64,000 nt of DNA from Deltaproteobacteria bacterium. GTDB taxonomy: Bacteria; Desulfobacterota; Syntrophia; Syntrophales; UBA2185. A program made the position numbers and the translations under genes. Below the pieces are notes generated by a model. That model was not told where the DNA came from and did no database searches. It was given only the letters and a program-made list of their open reading frames with translations. Location: NCBI GenBank assembly GCA_026388545.1, contig JAPLJS010000105.1, forward strand, positions 2,507 through 66,506. The letters are read 5' to 3'. Below, piece after piece: positions 18,296 to 28,178 of the stretch. Within the stretch, counting starts at the first letter, position 1; each line of letters opens with the position of its first letter.

Positions 18296-18997
18296 ATGGC
18301 GAAGGTATTACTCAAATTCAAAGAAGCCGTGGTAAAAGAGATACAGCTTGATCAGGACGTTATAACTATTGGGAGAAAAGCGGAAAACGATATTGCTATC
18401 GATAATCAGGCTATATCGGGACAACATGCGAAAATTACTAAAGAGGGTGATGCCATATTTATTGAAGATGCAAACAGCCTCAACGGTACCTATGTCAACG
18501 GCCAGAAGGTTTTCAAAAGTGAATTATATAACGGCGATGTCATCCTTATCGGTGTTCATACTCTTGAGGTTATATCGGATAAAGTCAGGGAAACGGACAC
18601 AAAAGGCTTTGCCGTGCGGGGCCGTTCAATGGATGAGACCATGGTGATTGCCCCGGAAGATCAGAAGAAGATACTTGCCTCTGTAGATAAAGAGAAGCCT
18701 GACATCCTCGGTGGCTTCATTGTCATTGAAGGATCCACGGATAAGAGGGATTATCTTCTCAAAGAGAGAGTCACAACCATTGGCAAGGAGGATAGTGCCG
18801 GGATTCATCTGAAAGGCTTTTTTGCCCCCAAAGTAACTGCCCTTATAAACAGGAGGAAAGAGGGATATTTTATCACACCTGCAGGTGGTAAATCGCTGAA
18901 GGTGAACGGCCAGCAAGTTGATCATAGATATGATCTGAAAGATGGTGATATCGTGGAAACTGGCGGCCTTAAGTTGCAGTTTTACATAAAAGAATAG
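18296..18997 (+). CDS. FHA domain-containing protein (two FHA domains)
   Basis: Contains ITIGRKAENDIAIDNQAISGQHAKI...SLNGTYVNG and a second copy, TTIGKEDSAGIHL...SLKVNGQ. Confidence 0.9.
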   Translation: MAKVLLKFKEAVVKEIQLDQDVITIGRKAENDIAIDNQAISGQHAKITKEGDAIFIEDANSLNGTYVNGQKVFKSELYNGDVILIGVHTLEVISDKVRETDTKGFAVRGRSMDETMVIAPEDQKKILASVDKEKPDILGGFIVIEGSTDKRDYLLKERVTTIGKEDSAGIHLKGFFAPKVTALINRRKEGYFITPAGGKSLKVNGQQVDHRYDLKDGDIVETGGLKLQFYIKE

Positions 18998-19268
18998 ATG
19001 GACGAATGTCAAAAGAAAAAATTACAAGGAGACAAAAAGACATATCCCGGTTATTGAGAGAGAAGAACCGGCTTCGCAAAAGCCTGACAAAAAATAATAA
19101 AAAGAAATAATAATCATGATTATTTAGGCTTGAAAATTATTTTACAATAAAAGGAGGTGCTTGACCGCAGAATTTTGAGAGAGGAGCGAGCACCTTTTTT
19201 AATGTGTAGCGAAGCAGCTTTATTCATTCCGGTTCGTGTAAACTTGGGCATGAGGAGGGCATAATAAA

Positions 19269-20801
19269 TTGTCTGACGTTGTATTTACAGAAGCAGATAT
19301 TGAACAAATCAAAACAGAGGGGCTCAGTGTTAATCAGGCGTTGGCACAGATTAATCTCTTTAAAAGAGGGACTCGTCCGGTCAAACTCAACCGGCCGTGT
19401 ATTACATATGATGGTATTGTAACCATTCCGAAAGAAGATATAAAGATAATAACGGCATTGTATGAAGAAGAGGCGAGGAAGGGCAGGATGTTGAAGTTCG
19501 TACCCGCTTCGGGAGCGGCAAGCCGAATGTTCAAAGAGTGGTTCAGATGTCTTGAGAATGGAGTTTTTGATTCGGAAGAAGGTAAAAGATTTGTCAGTGA
19601 GCTGAAAACATTCGCTTTTTACAATGATTTAGGTGAGGCGATATCGCGTGCTGGTGAGAATATTGAAAATATGATCAAAAACAAAAGATTTATCGATATC
19701 TTGGCGTATATCATCACATCAAGAGGTCTGAATTATGGTAATCTCCCCAAGGCGCTTTTGAAGTTCCATGTCTACCCGGATCGTAACCGTACTGCCCTTG
19801 AGGAACATCTGGTTGAAGCGTCACTCCATACGAAAGGTTCCAACCGAATCTGTCGCGTTCATTTTAGCGTTTCGGAAGAGCACCAAAAACAGGTGAACGA
19901 CTATCTGTCCAGGATTAAAAAATATTTTGAAAAGTATTATAATGTACAGTATGACATTACACTCTCAACCCAGAAATCCTCTACCAATACCATCGCTGTG
20001 GATTTAGAGAACAGACCTTTTCGTGATCAACAGGGGGGGCTTGTTTTTAGACCGGGTGGTCATGGTGCGCTCCTTGAGGATCTGAACAGCATTGACGGAG
20101 ACATCATATTTCTAAAGAATATCGACAATGTAGTTCCTGACAGATTAAAGCCGGTCACAATATTTTATAAAAAGGTTCTGGGGGGCTATCTCATCTCCCT
20201 TCAGAATGAGATATTCAGGTACCTGCGTATGCTGGGTAAAAAAGAACCGGACAAAGATAGGATGGCGGAGCTGATATTGTTTTGTGAGCAGAAGCTTCAT
20301 ATTGTTTTTCCGCCACGGTTTAACGATTTACCCCTTCCAGAAAAATACGCTTTAATTTTTAAAAAACTTAACCGACCCATTCGGGTATGCGGTATGGTAA
20401 AAAATGAAGGAGAGCCGGGAGGCGGTCCCTTCTGGATAAACGAGGAAGATGGGACACAATCGCTCCAGATCATAGAAGAATCACAAATTGATTCAAGGTC
20501 GAAAGAACAGAAGGCCCTATGGTCATCAGCAACCCATTTTAATCCGGTCGATCTGGTCTGCGGGGTCAGGGACTATCAGTCTCAGAAATTTGATCTCCGT
20601 GCGTTCGTTGATAAAAACTCTTATTTTATCTCACAGAAATCTGAGAAAGGCCAAGATATTAGGGCACTTGAACTTCCGGGGCTGTGGAATGGTTCAATGG
20701 CCTTCTGGAACACTATTTTTGTCGAAGTGCCCATCGAAACGTTTAATCCTGTGAAAACAATCCATGATTTACTGAGGCCACAGCATCTAGCCGATCTGTA
20801 A
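19269..20801 (+). CDS. DUF4301 family protein (nucleotidyltransferase-like)
   Basis: 510 aa with a TTG start 9 nt after GAGGAGGG. The N-terminus FTEADIEQIKTEGLSVNQALAQINLFKRG and the RPGGHGALL motif match the DUF4301 family as I recall it. The last 14 codons are duplicated at 24123..24170. Confidence 0.8.
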   Translation: MSDVVFTEADIEQIKTEGLSVNQALAQINLFKRGTRPVKLNRPCITYDGIVTIPKEDIKIITALYEEEARKGRMLKFVPASGAASRMFKEWFRCLENGVFDSEEGKRFVSELKTFAFYNDLGEAISRAGENIENMIKNKRFIDILAYIITSRGLNYGNLPKALLKFHVYPDRNRTALEEHLVEASLHTKGSNRICRVHFSVSEEHQKQVNDYLSRIKKYFEKYYNVQYDITLSTQKSSTNTIAVDLENRPFRDQQGGLVFRPGGHGALLEDLNSIDGDIIFLKNIDNVVPDRLKPVTIFYKKVLGGYLISLQNEIFRYLRMLGKKEPDKDRMAELILFCEQKLHIVFPPRFNDLPLPEKYALIFKKLNRPIRVCGMVKNEGEPGGGPFWINEEDGTQSLQIIEESQIDSRSKEQKALWSSATHFNPVDLVCGVRDYQSQKFDLRAFVDKNSYFISQKSEKGQDIRALELPGLWNGSMAFWNTIFVEVPIETFNPVKTIHDLLRPQHLADL

Positions 20802-20804
20802 TCA
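20757..20804 (+). repeat. Direct repeat copy 1 (3' end of the DUF4301 gene)
   Basis: ACAATCCATGATTTACTGAGGCCaCAGCATCTagCCGATCTGTAATCA; 45/48 identical to 24123..24170. Confidence 0.9.
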
Positions 20805-21430
20805 TCAAGATTCAGGATCTGGAAACGTTTCAGCGATTCGTGCGGCTCTGTGCAGGGAGGACCGGGCAGTTGCTCAACCTATCCTCGCTTGCCACAGAAT
20901 GCGGCATTACCCACAACACGGCCAAGTCCTGGATATCCGTGCTCGAAGCGAGTTATCTCGTTTTTCGACTGCGGCCTCACCACGTCAGTTTCAACAAGCG
21001 GTTGGTAAAGATGCCGAAGCTATATTTCTACGACGCTGGGCTCGTCTCGTGGCTATTGGGGATCAGGACGCCGGAACAGATGGTGATTCATCCGTTGCGG
21101 GGCAATATTTTCGAGACGTTTATCATCTCAGAACTGATCAAATCGCAACTCACCCGAGGAGAGCAACCTGCATTCTCTTTCTGGCGGGACAGCAACGGCA
21201 ATGAGGTGGATCTTATTGTCGAGCAAGGAAACATGCTGATGCCGATCGAGATCAAGTCAGGCAAGACCCTGACGCGGGATTCATTTGCCGGATTGGAGAA
21301 ATGGTGCGCTCTTGCCGGTAATTCAGCGATGAGGCCCTCATTGATCTACGGAGGGAATGAAACCTATCTGCAAAAAGGGGTGAAGGTTGTGGGATGGCGG
21401 GAAAGCGGCGAACTTCTTTACCAAACGTAG
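20805..21430 (+). pseudogene. 5'-truncated AAA+ ATPase gene (DUF4143 C-terminal part only)
   Basis: The reading frame is open from the repeat boundary: IIKIQDLETFQRFVRLCAGRTGQLLNLSSLATECGITHNTAKSWISVLEASYLVFRLRPHH...KLYFYDAGL. This is the C-terminal half of DUF4143 ATPases. No Walker A/B region is present. Confidence 0.75.
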
Positions 21431-21484
21431 GGCAATGGCGGCATGTGGATGGGTGAAGCAAGACGAACGGATACAAACTGGCCT

Positions 21485-21612
21485 GTGGTAACACCTTTCA
21501 ACCCGCACTGTTCAGGAGCGATCGAAGAAAAAATGAAATGCACCGGTTATCGGCGCCACCTACAACTGTTTGGCAGTGGGCATTCATCAAAGCTGAGGAT
21601 TACGGATTGAAC
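21485..21612 (+). repeat. Copy B of the diverged repeat module (partner at 9589..9705, inverted)
   Basis: See copy A. It lies between the truncated ATPase gene and the 3' end of the dockerin-like gene. Confidence 0.6.
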
Positions 21613-21636
21613 TTGATGGAGATACCAACCACCGCT

Positions 21637-22377
21637 TTATTGTCTTATTCCAGAGAGTGTCTGAAGAATATAGATGGCATCACCCAATCCTAGTTTCCCG
21701 TCACTATTAACATCTCCGGGTAATCCACGAGTAACTGAGAACCCAATTAACTGTTGGGTTGTAGTGGCGCTTCCCCAGTTGGCACTATATTTGCCATAAA
21801 TGACACGCCCGATATTTGGAGCATACCATTCTCTGTACCAACCCACTGCCGTTTTATTAGAATTTTCTGTCATTTCATTGAGCACCTTAATTCTTACACA
21901 GTTTGTAAAGCTGCCGGCCGGGACCGTAACAGTCTCGCTTACTGACTCAATGTAGGATGTTACTGTATAACGAATACCGCTGTATGGCTCAAATTCTCCG
22001 ATGAATGTATCTCCAACATTTGGGTTTGACTTAAACGTAACCCATGGTGGATTTATTATTACAGCCGGATCGGCTCCTTCGTTGTCCCAATATTTATAGA
22101 CTTTTACCCCAGAATTATCCGTAGCAATCCATCTTTTTTCATTATAATTGTCATTAGGTGCTTCTTGTCGGTTCCATATGTATGTATGAATACCATTTAT
22201 GGCTTCCTCTCCAATAACAGTATCAACTCTGTTACCATTCGCTCCAAAGGAAGGGTAATATATCCATGTATTACCTACTGAGAGAGGAAAATAATCAGCT
22301 GAATTAACCACTGAAACACTCATAAACAATGAAATAATTAATAATGTAGTCACGATAATTAGTTTTGATTTCTTCAT
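21637..22377 (-). CDS. Secreted protein with a C-terminal dockerin/EF-hand-like repeat
   Basis: I prefer the start at the ATG at 22377 (MKKSKLIIVTTLLIISLFMSVSVVNSA signal peptide, AAGAGG SD). The C-terminus is GDVNSDGKLGLGDAIYILQTLSGIRQ. Confidence 0.75.
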   Translation of the reverse strand: MKKSKLIIVTTLLIISLFMSVSVVNSADYFPLSVGNTWIYYPSFGANGNRVDTVIGEEAINGIHTYIWNRQEAPNDNYNEKRWIATDNSGVKVYKYWDNEGADPAVIINPPWVTFKSNPNVGDTFIGEFEPYSGIRYTVTSYIESVSETVTVPAGSFTNCVRIKVLNEMTENSNKTAVGWYREWYAPNIGRVIYGKYSANWGSATTTQQLIGFSVTRGLPGDVNSDGKLGLGDAIYILQTLSGIRQ

Positions 22378-22489
22378 TTTAATACCTCTTATGTATGGTA
22401 AACATTTGTCTCCGGTAACAATGAAAAAATTTGATAAGACATTGCTTTCTGACAAGGTAAATATAGGAAAATTCCATTTGTATGTCAAT

Positions 22490-24122
22490 TATTTTTTATC
22501 CACAAGATGTTGTGCCGGTGTGTAATGGTTAAGAACAGTGATATTGTAAAAGGGGACCGGGCGCCGTCGATTGTCGCATGCGATGCAGATATTTGTGATT
22601 TGCCGGAACTCAAAAGGCATAGTTGAGCCTTTTTCGGACCCACCCGTCTCCTGCGCCTCTTGTTTGTGATTCGTTATGCTGGGATATATGCGTCCCACGG
22701 ATATTCGGGGTCTATATAGTAATGATCGTCATTGATGGGAATTTGAGAGTGATCATCCATGACGGATTCAACGGATGGCGGGCCGTGCGCCTTGGGAGAG
22801 GGTTTTGACTTGACCAGCCAGATACCAAGATGTTTCAGGATGGCTTTGATGATTTCACCGTCTTCTATGCTGCTAATGATGCGCATGGTTCCCTGGCATT
22901 TCGGACAGATAAGGGGATCAACTTCGTATATTTTCTGAATTAACTTTGCCCATTTTCGCCGGTGCGCTTTTACATCCTCTTCCGATTCAATGATGTATGG
23001 TATGTCGTCATCCTCTGTGCTCTCCTGCCGTTTTCCCCGGGATACGTTGCTGTAGTATCCGTAATAACGCACCATTTGCTCCCCCTTGTTTGGTATATGG
23101 GAGCACATGGCGGCGAGCCATTCGAGAGCGTCGAAAACCTTGTTTGACTTGCTGTCCCCGAATCGGTGTCCGGGGCAGGCCTTAGACGTATAGACGACCT
23201 TCGCCTCTTGATCCAGGTACTGCATGCGCTCCTGAGAGAATGAGGCACGGATGATGTAGCGTGCCAGGTTTTCCATAGCCGTTGCATCATTCGGAGATAT
23301 ACGGTTGCCGCAAAAGACATGGAACCCGGAATGTTTCCATGCAGAGATCATGCGAATCATCTCCTCCGTGATCTTGCCTTTGTTCAAGAGCATCCTGAAG
23401 ACCTTGTGCCGGAATATGGTCTCCAGCTTTTTCAGATCAAACGGCGGGGCGACCCGGAACATGCCTTTGCCGCCGTAAAAGCAGCCATCGGTGACGAGAA
23501 TGTGGCAGTGGGGATTGAATCCGAGAAAATCACCGAAGGTCTGAATAGCGATGACGGCGCCGGGAACAGGTTTCTTCTCCGGGACGGCCTCCTGTAGAAA
23601 GACCGTCAGGGCATCCCAGGCGCATCGGCTGAGATCGGCAAGGAGTTTTCTATCGTATAGAAAATACCGGCGCAGGATCTTCGGAATGCTGAAGACGAAA
23701 TGACGGTGGGGAACCTTTTTGAGCACTTCGCAACATAGCCACTCGCCAAATTCGACTACTCGCTTCTGATGACATGATGGGCAGAAATGCCTGCGCTTGC
23801 AGGAGAAGGCCAGAAGATATTCATGGCCGCAGTCTTTGCATTTCACACGGGAGAAGCCATTGTGCAGATCGCCGCAATCGAGATACCGGTAAATGACCTT
23901 CTGGAGATAGGAACGGAAAAATCCATATTGCCGTTCAAATCGTTCCTCATAAACCTGGAGAAAGGTTTCAAAATGATCCTCCACGCACCGGTAATAATCG
24001 GAAGATTGCGGGTTCCGTGGACGGTAGACAGCGGCGGGAGCGGCCACGATTTCTCTCCTTTGAGAAAATCAGACCGTTATATAATAGAACGAACGTTCTA
24101 TTTGTCAAGGGAAAGTATAGAG
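22490..24122 (-). mobile_element. IS91-family insertion sequence (approximate ends)
   Basis: A single transposase ORF with subterminal palindromes: ATAGAACG-AA-CGTTCTAT at 24084-24101 upstream of the gene, and TCGCATGCGA at 22574-22583 downstream. The ends are not defined precisely. Confidence 0.5.
22674..24047 (-). CDS. IS91-family (HUH, Y2) rolling-circle transposase
   Basis: 457 aa with a GTG start after AAGGAGAG. N-terminal zinc-binding domain (CKDCGHEYLLAFSCKRRHFCPSCH), HUH-like NPHCHILV, and paired tyrosines in VRYYGYYSN. Confidence 0.9.
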   Translation of the reverse strand: MAAPAAVYRPRNPQSSDYYRCVEDHFETFLQVYEERFERQYGFFRSYLQKVIYRYLDCGDLHNGFSRVKCKDCGHEYLLAFSCKRRHFCPSCHQKRVVEFGEWLCCEVLKKVPHRHFVFSIPKILRRYFLYDRKLLADLSRCAWDALTVFLQEAVPEKKPVPGAVIAIQTFGDFLGFNPHCHILVTDGCFYGGKGMFRVAPPFDLKKLETIFRHKVFRMLLNKGKITEEMIRMISAWKHSGFHVFCGNRISPNDATAMENLARYIIRASFSQERMQYLDQEAKVVYTSKACPGHRFGDSKSNKVFDALEWLAAMCSHIPNKGEQMVRYYGYYSNVSRGKRQESTEDDDIPYIIESEEDVKAHRRKWAKLIQKIYEVDPLICPKCQGTMRIISSIEDGEIIKAILKHLGIWLVKSKPSPKAHGPPSVESVMDDHSQIPINDDHYYIDPEYPWDAYIPA

Positions 24123-24170
24123 ACAATCCATGATTTACTGAGGCCGCAGCATCTGTCCGATCTGTAATCA
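24123..24170 (+). repeat. Direct repeat copy 2 (orphan duplicate of the DUF4301 3' end)
   Basis: ACAATCCATGATTTACTGAGGCCgCAGCATCTgtCCGATCTGTAATCA. Its TAA overlaps the TCA (stop, - strand) of the convergent 24168..25145 gene. Confidence 0.9.
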
Positions 24171-25145
24171 AATCATTAAACGCTCACAATCTTCTCTTTG
24201 CGCTGCTTTTATCATGATGGGCTTTGAGGCATTTCCTGTCCTGCACAGGGCAACAACCTCCTCATCTTTTGGGGCGTCACTGTAAAGGGCACACAGAGAT
24301 GCCGCATAAAGGAGTGTTGTATCGTCGCCTCCATAGGGAACAAGCGCGGTAGGACCGGGATATTGCGTCATATGGATTACAACGTCTTCCCCTTCGGATA
24401 ATTTCTGGAGTGCCTCATTTTCAAAACTGTTACGTCCGACAACGACCTTGGAAAACTCATTGATTCGAAATTGCCTGCCGTATTTAAGAAGTTCTATATC
24501 CCGTATCCTGAAATCCTTGTTATACGTAAACAGATCACGGAGTCTTTTGGAAAACATGGGATCGGTGAGCAGGCATCCGCCGGCGGGGGCAGGGTAATCG
24601 TTAATACCATAGCGCCTCGCCATCTCAATCTGCTGTTTTCTTCCTTTACCACGGATTGCAAGGAGTTTTTGACGTTCCACTTTACCTTCGATTTCCGGCT
24701 TTGTTTCGGGCAGAAGCTGTGCACTCAAAGGTCTCAGAATATACTCCTGGTATCCTGAATTTTTAGCGACTACATGAAGAGACTGTTTCGTCTGGGACAT
24801 GGAACGCTGGCCAAGTACTTCTCCTGTAAAAATAAAATCTGCCCCTGAATAATCCATGATCCGGCCGGCATTATTCAACATGAGCGTATGGCAATCTATG
24901 CACGGATTCATATTCTTTCCGTATCCATATTTGGGGGCTTTTAACATCTTAAGATGTTCTTCCGTAATGTCTACAGTGAGAAGGGGTATTTCAATTTTCT
25001 TCGCTGCAATCCTGGCCTTTTTGGCACTAAAAAAGGGGGTTTGAAACGTGACCCCCAAAACATCGATACCCTGTAACATAATGAGCTTTACTGCAAGGAT
25101 GCTGTCCAGCCCTCCGGATAATAGGCCTATTCCTTTTACTTTCAA
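24168..25145 (-). CDS. PP-loop superfamily ATPase (ThiI/MnmA-like tRNA thiolation-type enzyme)
   Basis: 325 aa with the SGGLDS PP-loop at the N-terminus and conserved NPCIDCH and GEVLGQR motifs. Confidence 0.75.
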   Translation of the reverse strand: MKVKGIGLLSGGLDSILAVKLIMLQGIDVLGVTFQTPFFSAKKARIAAKKIEIPLLTVDITEEHLKMLKAPKYGYGKNMNPCIDCHTLMLNNAGRIMDYSGADFIFTGEVLGQRSMSQTKQSLHVVAKNSGYQEYILRPLSAQLLPETKPEIEGKVERQKLLAIRGKGRKQQIEMARRYGINDYPAPAGGCLLTDPMFSKRLRDLFTYNKDFRIRDIELLKYGRQFRINEFSKVVVGRNSFENEALQKLSEGEDVVIHMTQYPGPTALVPYGGDDTTLLYAASLCALYSDAPKDEEVVALCRTGNASKPIMIKAAQREDCERLMI

Positions 25146-26797
25146 TATTTAACTATGGTTACCTCCCATTTCTCATGAAGCAGTCCATAGATATCGCGAT
25201 CTATATCAAAATCGATCAGATAAAAATGTCCTTTGTCACGAGTTATTTTGAAGGCTGGAAAGTTGATGATGCCTTTTGGGGTATTGGTCTTTTCAGGAAT
25301 TGAAAATGAGAAACTATTGAATATGTAAGGAACATTCATAGCTTGCAGGACTTTTTCGATGACAGCTTTTTGAGTTTCTCCTTCATCGAACGATATGGTT
25401 TCTGTACCTCTGTTTTTCAAGCTGTCTATGAATTGCTGGGGGATCTTTTTTGAGAGGAACAATATTTGTCTGTCTTCCTTTTTTACAAGGACATCAGCCC
25501 TAATAGAAAGGTTAAAACCGTCCCTGGCAGTGTCAAAGATCCCGACTTCGGTATCTTTCATTGTTGAAAAACCTAGTTCAATGATAAGTGCATTGATCAG
25601 TTCCATTTTGGTGCGAGAGTTTATAACGGACACTTGGGGGATTGTATACTTTTCATCCGTTGCGCTCATTATACCGTATCCATCCATAATTTCTGTAATG
25701 ATCATACCATTTTTTTCTGCATAAGAAGTCAGTGGTTTGGGCAGGAGTTGGGAGTTGTCGGCAACGAATGACAGTCCTTGTAAATAAGGAATGCTTCCGG
25801 ACGCTTTTTTTATGATCATCCAGTCAACCGAAAGCTGGAGGGGTGGAGTATTCCCTATAATGTATGATGCTGTCCGTTTTTTCATTACATATATATTAGA
25901 GGTATTGATAATCTTTTGAAGAATGGTGGCAGTATTGTCATTATTGTCGACCTTAATTGGGTTATAGTTTTTCCAGCTTGCTTGGATCATATTTTTAAGG
26001 GTATCAGGTATCCGATCAGAAAAATCCAATAAAGTCGTACTTCCGTCATCAAGTTCAACGACCGGTATTGCAGAACAATCGATGGTCACCTGCCCTACCT
26101 GGGGAATGGGGATATAATATTTACCCGTTGTTATAATGGATCCGTTCATTCGACTGATTACGTGTCTTATAATAGCCAGACGGGTCTCCGGTAGCATGAC
26201 CGGTTTTTCTTTGGATTCATCTTTAACTTTGGCTGGTGACTCAGCTTCTGGAACTTTAACTTCCTGTTTGGTGATAACAATACTTCTTCGAGGTAGTTCC
26301 AGATTCTGACCGGGATATATCTTGTTGTAGTTTTTGATGCCTGGGTTCAGCTGCTTGATTTCGTGTACTGTTTTTACAACCTCCGACAATTTTTTCGTTT
26401 GTAATTGACGAATGGCAATCCGGGTTATGGTATCGCCTTTTTTTATTGTATAAGCCGTTATCGGTAAATTGTCTTCCCTTTTGGCGCTTCCGGGTGGTTC
26501 GATATCGGGGAGAATCACCACATCGCCGGGTTCTACTTTATCTATATCTTTTATATGCGGGTTCAGTATTTTTATTATTGTAAATCGGCGTGATGTTATT
26601 CCGACTTGGGTTCGCAGGATATCAAAAAGCCACTCGCCTTTTTTAACTACGTATGTACGTGTTTTAGTTTTTGAAGTAGCTGCTTTTTGAAATGATAGAT
26701 GGGCCGTATCTTCCTTTGCAAGGGCGACTTCAAAGGTGGTAGTAAGAAAGAACAAAGAAAGAATAAGACAAAAAACTGGTATACGGATATTGTCCAT
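25142..26797 (-). CDS. Secreted LysM domain-containing protein
   Basis: 551 aa with a signal peptide, two LysM-like units (YVVKKGEWLFDIL...GDVVILP; YTIKKGDTITRIA...YPGQNLELP) and a large uncharacterised C-terminal region. A 4-nt overlap with the downstream PP-loop gene. Confidence 0.8.
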   Translation of the reverse strand: MDNIRIPVFCLILSLFFLTTTFEVALAKEDTAHLSFQKAATSKTKTRTYVVKKGEWLFDILRTQVGITSRRFTIIKILNPHIKDIDKVEPGDVVILPDIEPPGSAKREDNLPITAYTIKKGDTITRIAIRQLQTKKLSEVVKTVHEIKQLNPGIKNYNKIYPGQNLELPRRSIVITKQEVKVPEAESPAKVKDESKEKPVMLPETRLAIIRHVISRMNGSIITTGKYYIPIPQVGQVTIDCSAIPVVELDDGSTTLLDFSDRIPDTLKNMIQASWKNYNPIKVDNNDNTATILQKIINTSNIYVMKKRTASYIIGNTPPLQLSVDWMIIKKASGSIPYLQGLSFVADNSQLLPKPLTSYAEKNGMIITEIMDGYGIMSATDEKYTIPQVSVINSRTKMELINALIIELGFSTMKDTEVGIFDTARDGFNLSIRADVLVKKEDRQILFLSKKIPQQFIDSLKNRGTETISFDEGETQKAVIEKVLQAMNVPYIFNSFSFSIPEKTNTPKGIINFPAFKITRDKGHFYLIDFDIDRDIYGLLHEKWEVTIVKY

Positions 26798-27060
26798 AAT
26801 TATACCTCATCAATATACTGCATGATTTTAATGATATAGAAAGTAGTTTCAATATATGGTTTGATTATTGTGTGTATTATTAGCATAATTGAATTATTGT
26901 GCAAAGTAAAATCTCAATATCATTGGGCTGATACGTGTGATGATCTCGGTATTCACTACTGTTCGTATCCCGGAATTATTAATATCAGTGGTTGCAAGAA
27001 CAACGATACATGATATAATAAAAAACTTTTTGTTTAACGGATTTTAATTGGGGATAGATT

Positions 27061-27279
27061 ATGGCTGATGTGGAAAAAAATCAAGTTTTCATTAAAGAGT
27101 TTCAGGCAAGGTTTGATAAAAAATTGAAAGAAAATGAAATATCGCTATTGGAGTACTGGAAATCGCAGCTTGATAAAGTGCTGTCTATGAAACCGGAAGG
27201 TATTGCATCACTCCAGTTGCAAATAAAAAGAATCTCAGATATGATGGACAACAGGATGAAAACAATAAAAAAGGAATAA
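27061..27279 (+). CDS. Small coiled-coil hypothetical protein
   Basis: 72 aa; ends 1 nt before the HD gene start, suggesting co-transcription. Confidence 0.5.
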   Translation: MADVEKNQVFIKEFQARFDKKLKENEISLLEYWKSQLDKVLSMKPEGIASLQLQIKRISDMMDNRMKTIKKE

Positions 27280-27280
27280 A

Positions 27281-27865
27281 ATGGAAGATATAGCGAATTT
27301 TTTATTTGAAGTTGGTATGTTGAAAAAAACCCCCAGGACAGGTTTTCGGTTTTTAGGTTCTGGTTGTGAATCGGTAGCTGAACATATTCTCAGGACGATA
27401 TTTATTGGATATACCTTAAGTAAGCTTGAAACTGGTATTGACGAATTAAAGTTACTCAAGATATGCCTTGTTCATGATCTTCCCGAAGCAAGAACCGGTG
27501 ATATGAACTATATGTATAAAAAATATGTTACCGTGCATGAAGAGAAAGCCATCAAGGAGCTGACTGAAACACTGTTCTTCGGTGATGAAATCAAATCTGC
27601 CATTGATGAATTTAATGAAAAGAAGACACGAGAAGCCCTTATTGCCCATGATGCAGACCAGCTTGCTCTTATTCTCCAACTGAAGGAATGTGGAGATTTG
27701 GGAAATAAATACACCAATGACTGGATTGAATTTGCGAGCAGGCGACTCTGTACCGAAACTGCAAAAAAGCTGGCTGAAAGTATTATTAAGACAGATTCAT
27801 CACAGTGGTGGTTCAAGGATAAGAGTGACTGGTGGGTGAATGGAGGCAGTAATAATACGAAATAG
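27281..27865 (+). CDS. HD domain-containing hydrolase (YfbR-like 5'-nucleotidase family)
   Basis: ESVAEHILRT...LVHDLPEARTGD: the HD motif and spacing typical of this family. Confidence 0.85.
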   Translation: MEDIANFLFEVGMLKKTPRTGFRFLGSGCESVAEHILRTIFIGYTLSKLETGIDELKLLKICLVHDLPEARTGDMNYMYKKYVTVHEEKAIKELTETLFFGDEIKSAIDEFNEKKTREALIAHDADQLALILQLKECGDLGNKYTNDWIEFASRRLCTETAKKLAESIIKTDSSQWWFKDKSDWWVNGGSNNTK

Positions 27866-28113
27866 AAACGAAACTGATTCGTCAAGTATACCTTAGAACG
27901 TAATGTGAAAGTAATACATTAATCATTTTACAAATATATCCATCTTCATTATCATATGAACCCACCGCTCATACAGAGCAAGGGCGCAATTTGATAGAAT
28001 AGATTCCTCTCAGAAAAATGCAAGAGCTACGTCAATTCACACGCCTTGCCTCGGGAGTATTTTACGAATCTCCAAGCTTCTCTTTAATTTAGATTTTTAC
28101 GAATTCATCTTAC

Positions 28114-28142
28114 TTGACAGTACTGCGAAAATACCCTATATT
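28114..28142 (+). promoter_or_regulatory. Sigma-70-type promoter candidate for the GerMN/EF-G operon
   Basis: TTGACA (28114-28119), a 17-nt spacer, then TATATT (28137-28142). Confidence 0.5.
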
Positions 28143-28178
28143 ATCGCCGCTTTTTAGCAGCTAAGGAGAGAACTGACG

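Noticed and set aside
9589-21612. The idea that the two inverted repeat-module copies are terminal repeats of a 12-kb composite transposon carrying the RND and kinase operons
   Set aside because: Copy B lies inside the separately delimited IS91-associated insertion, the enclosed genes look core-like, the copies are only about 70 percent identical, and no transposase is associated with them.
23787-24167. 126-aa + strand ORF ending in ...TIHDLLRPQHLSDL
   Set aside because: Most of it is antisense to the IS91 transposase. Only its last 14 codons are meaningful, as the duplicated DUF4301 C-terminus, so it is a by-product of the insertion and not a gene.
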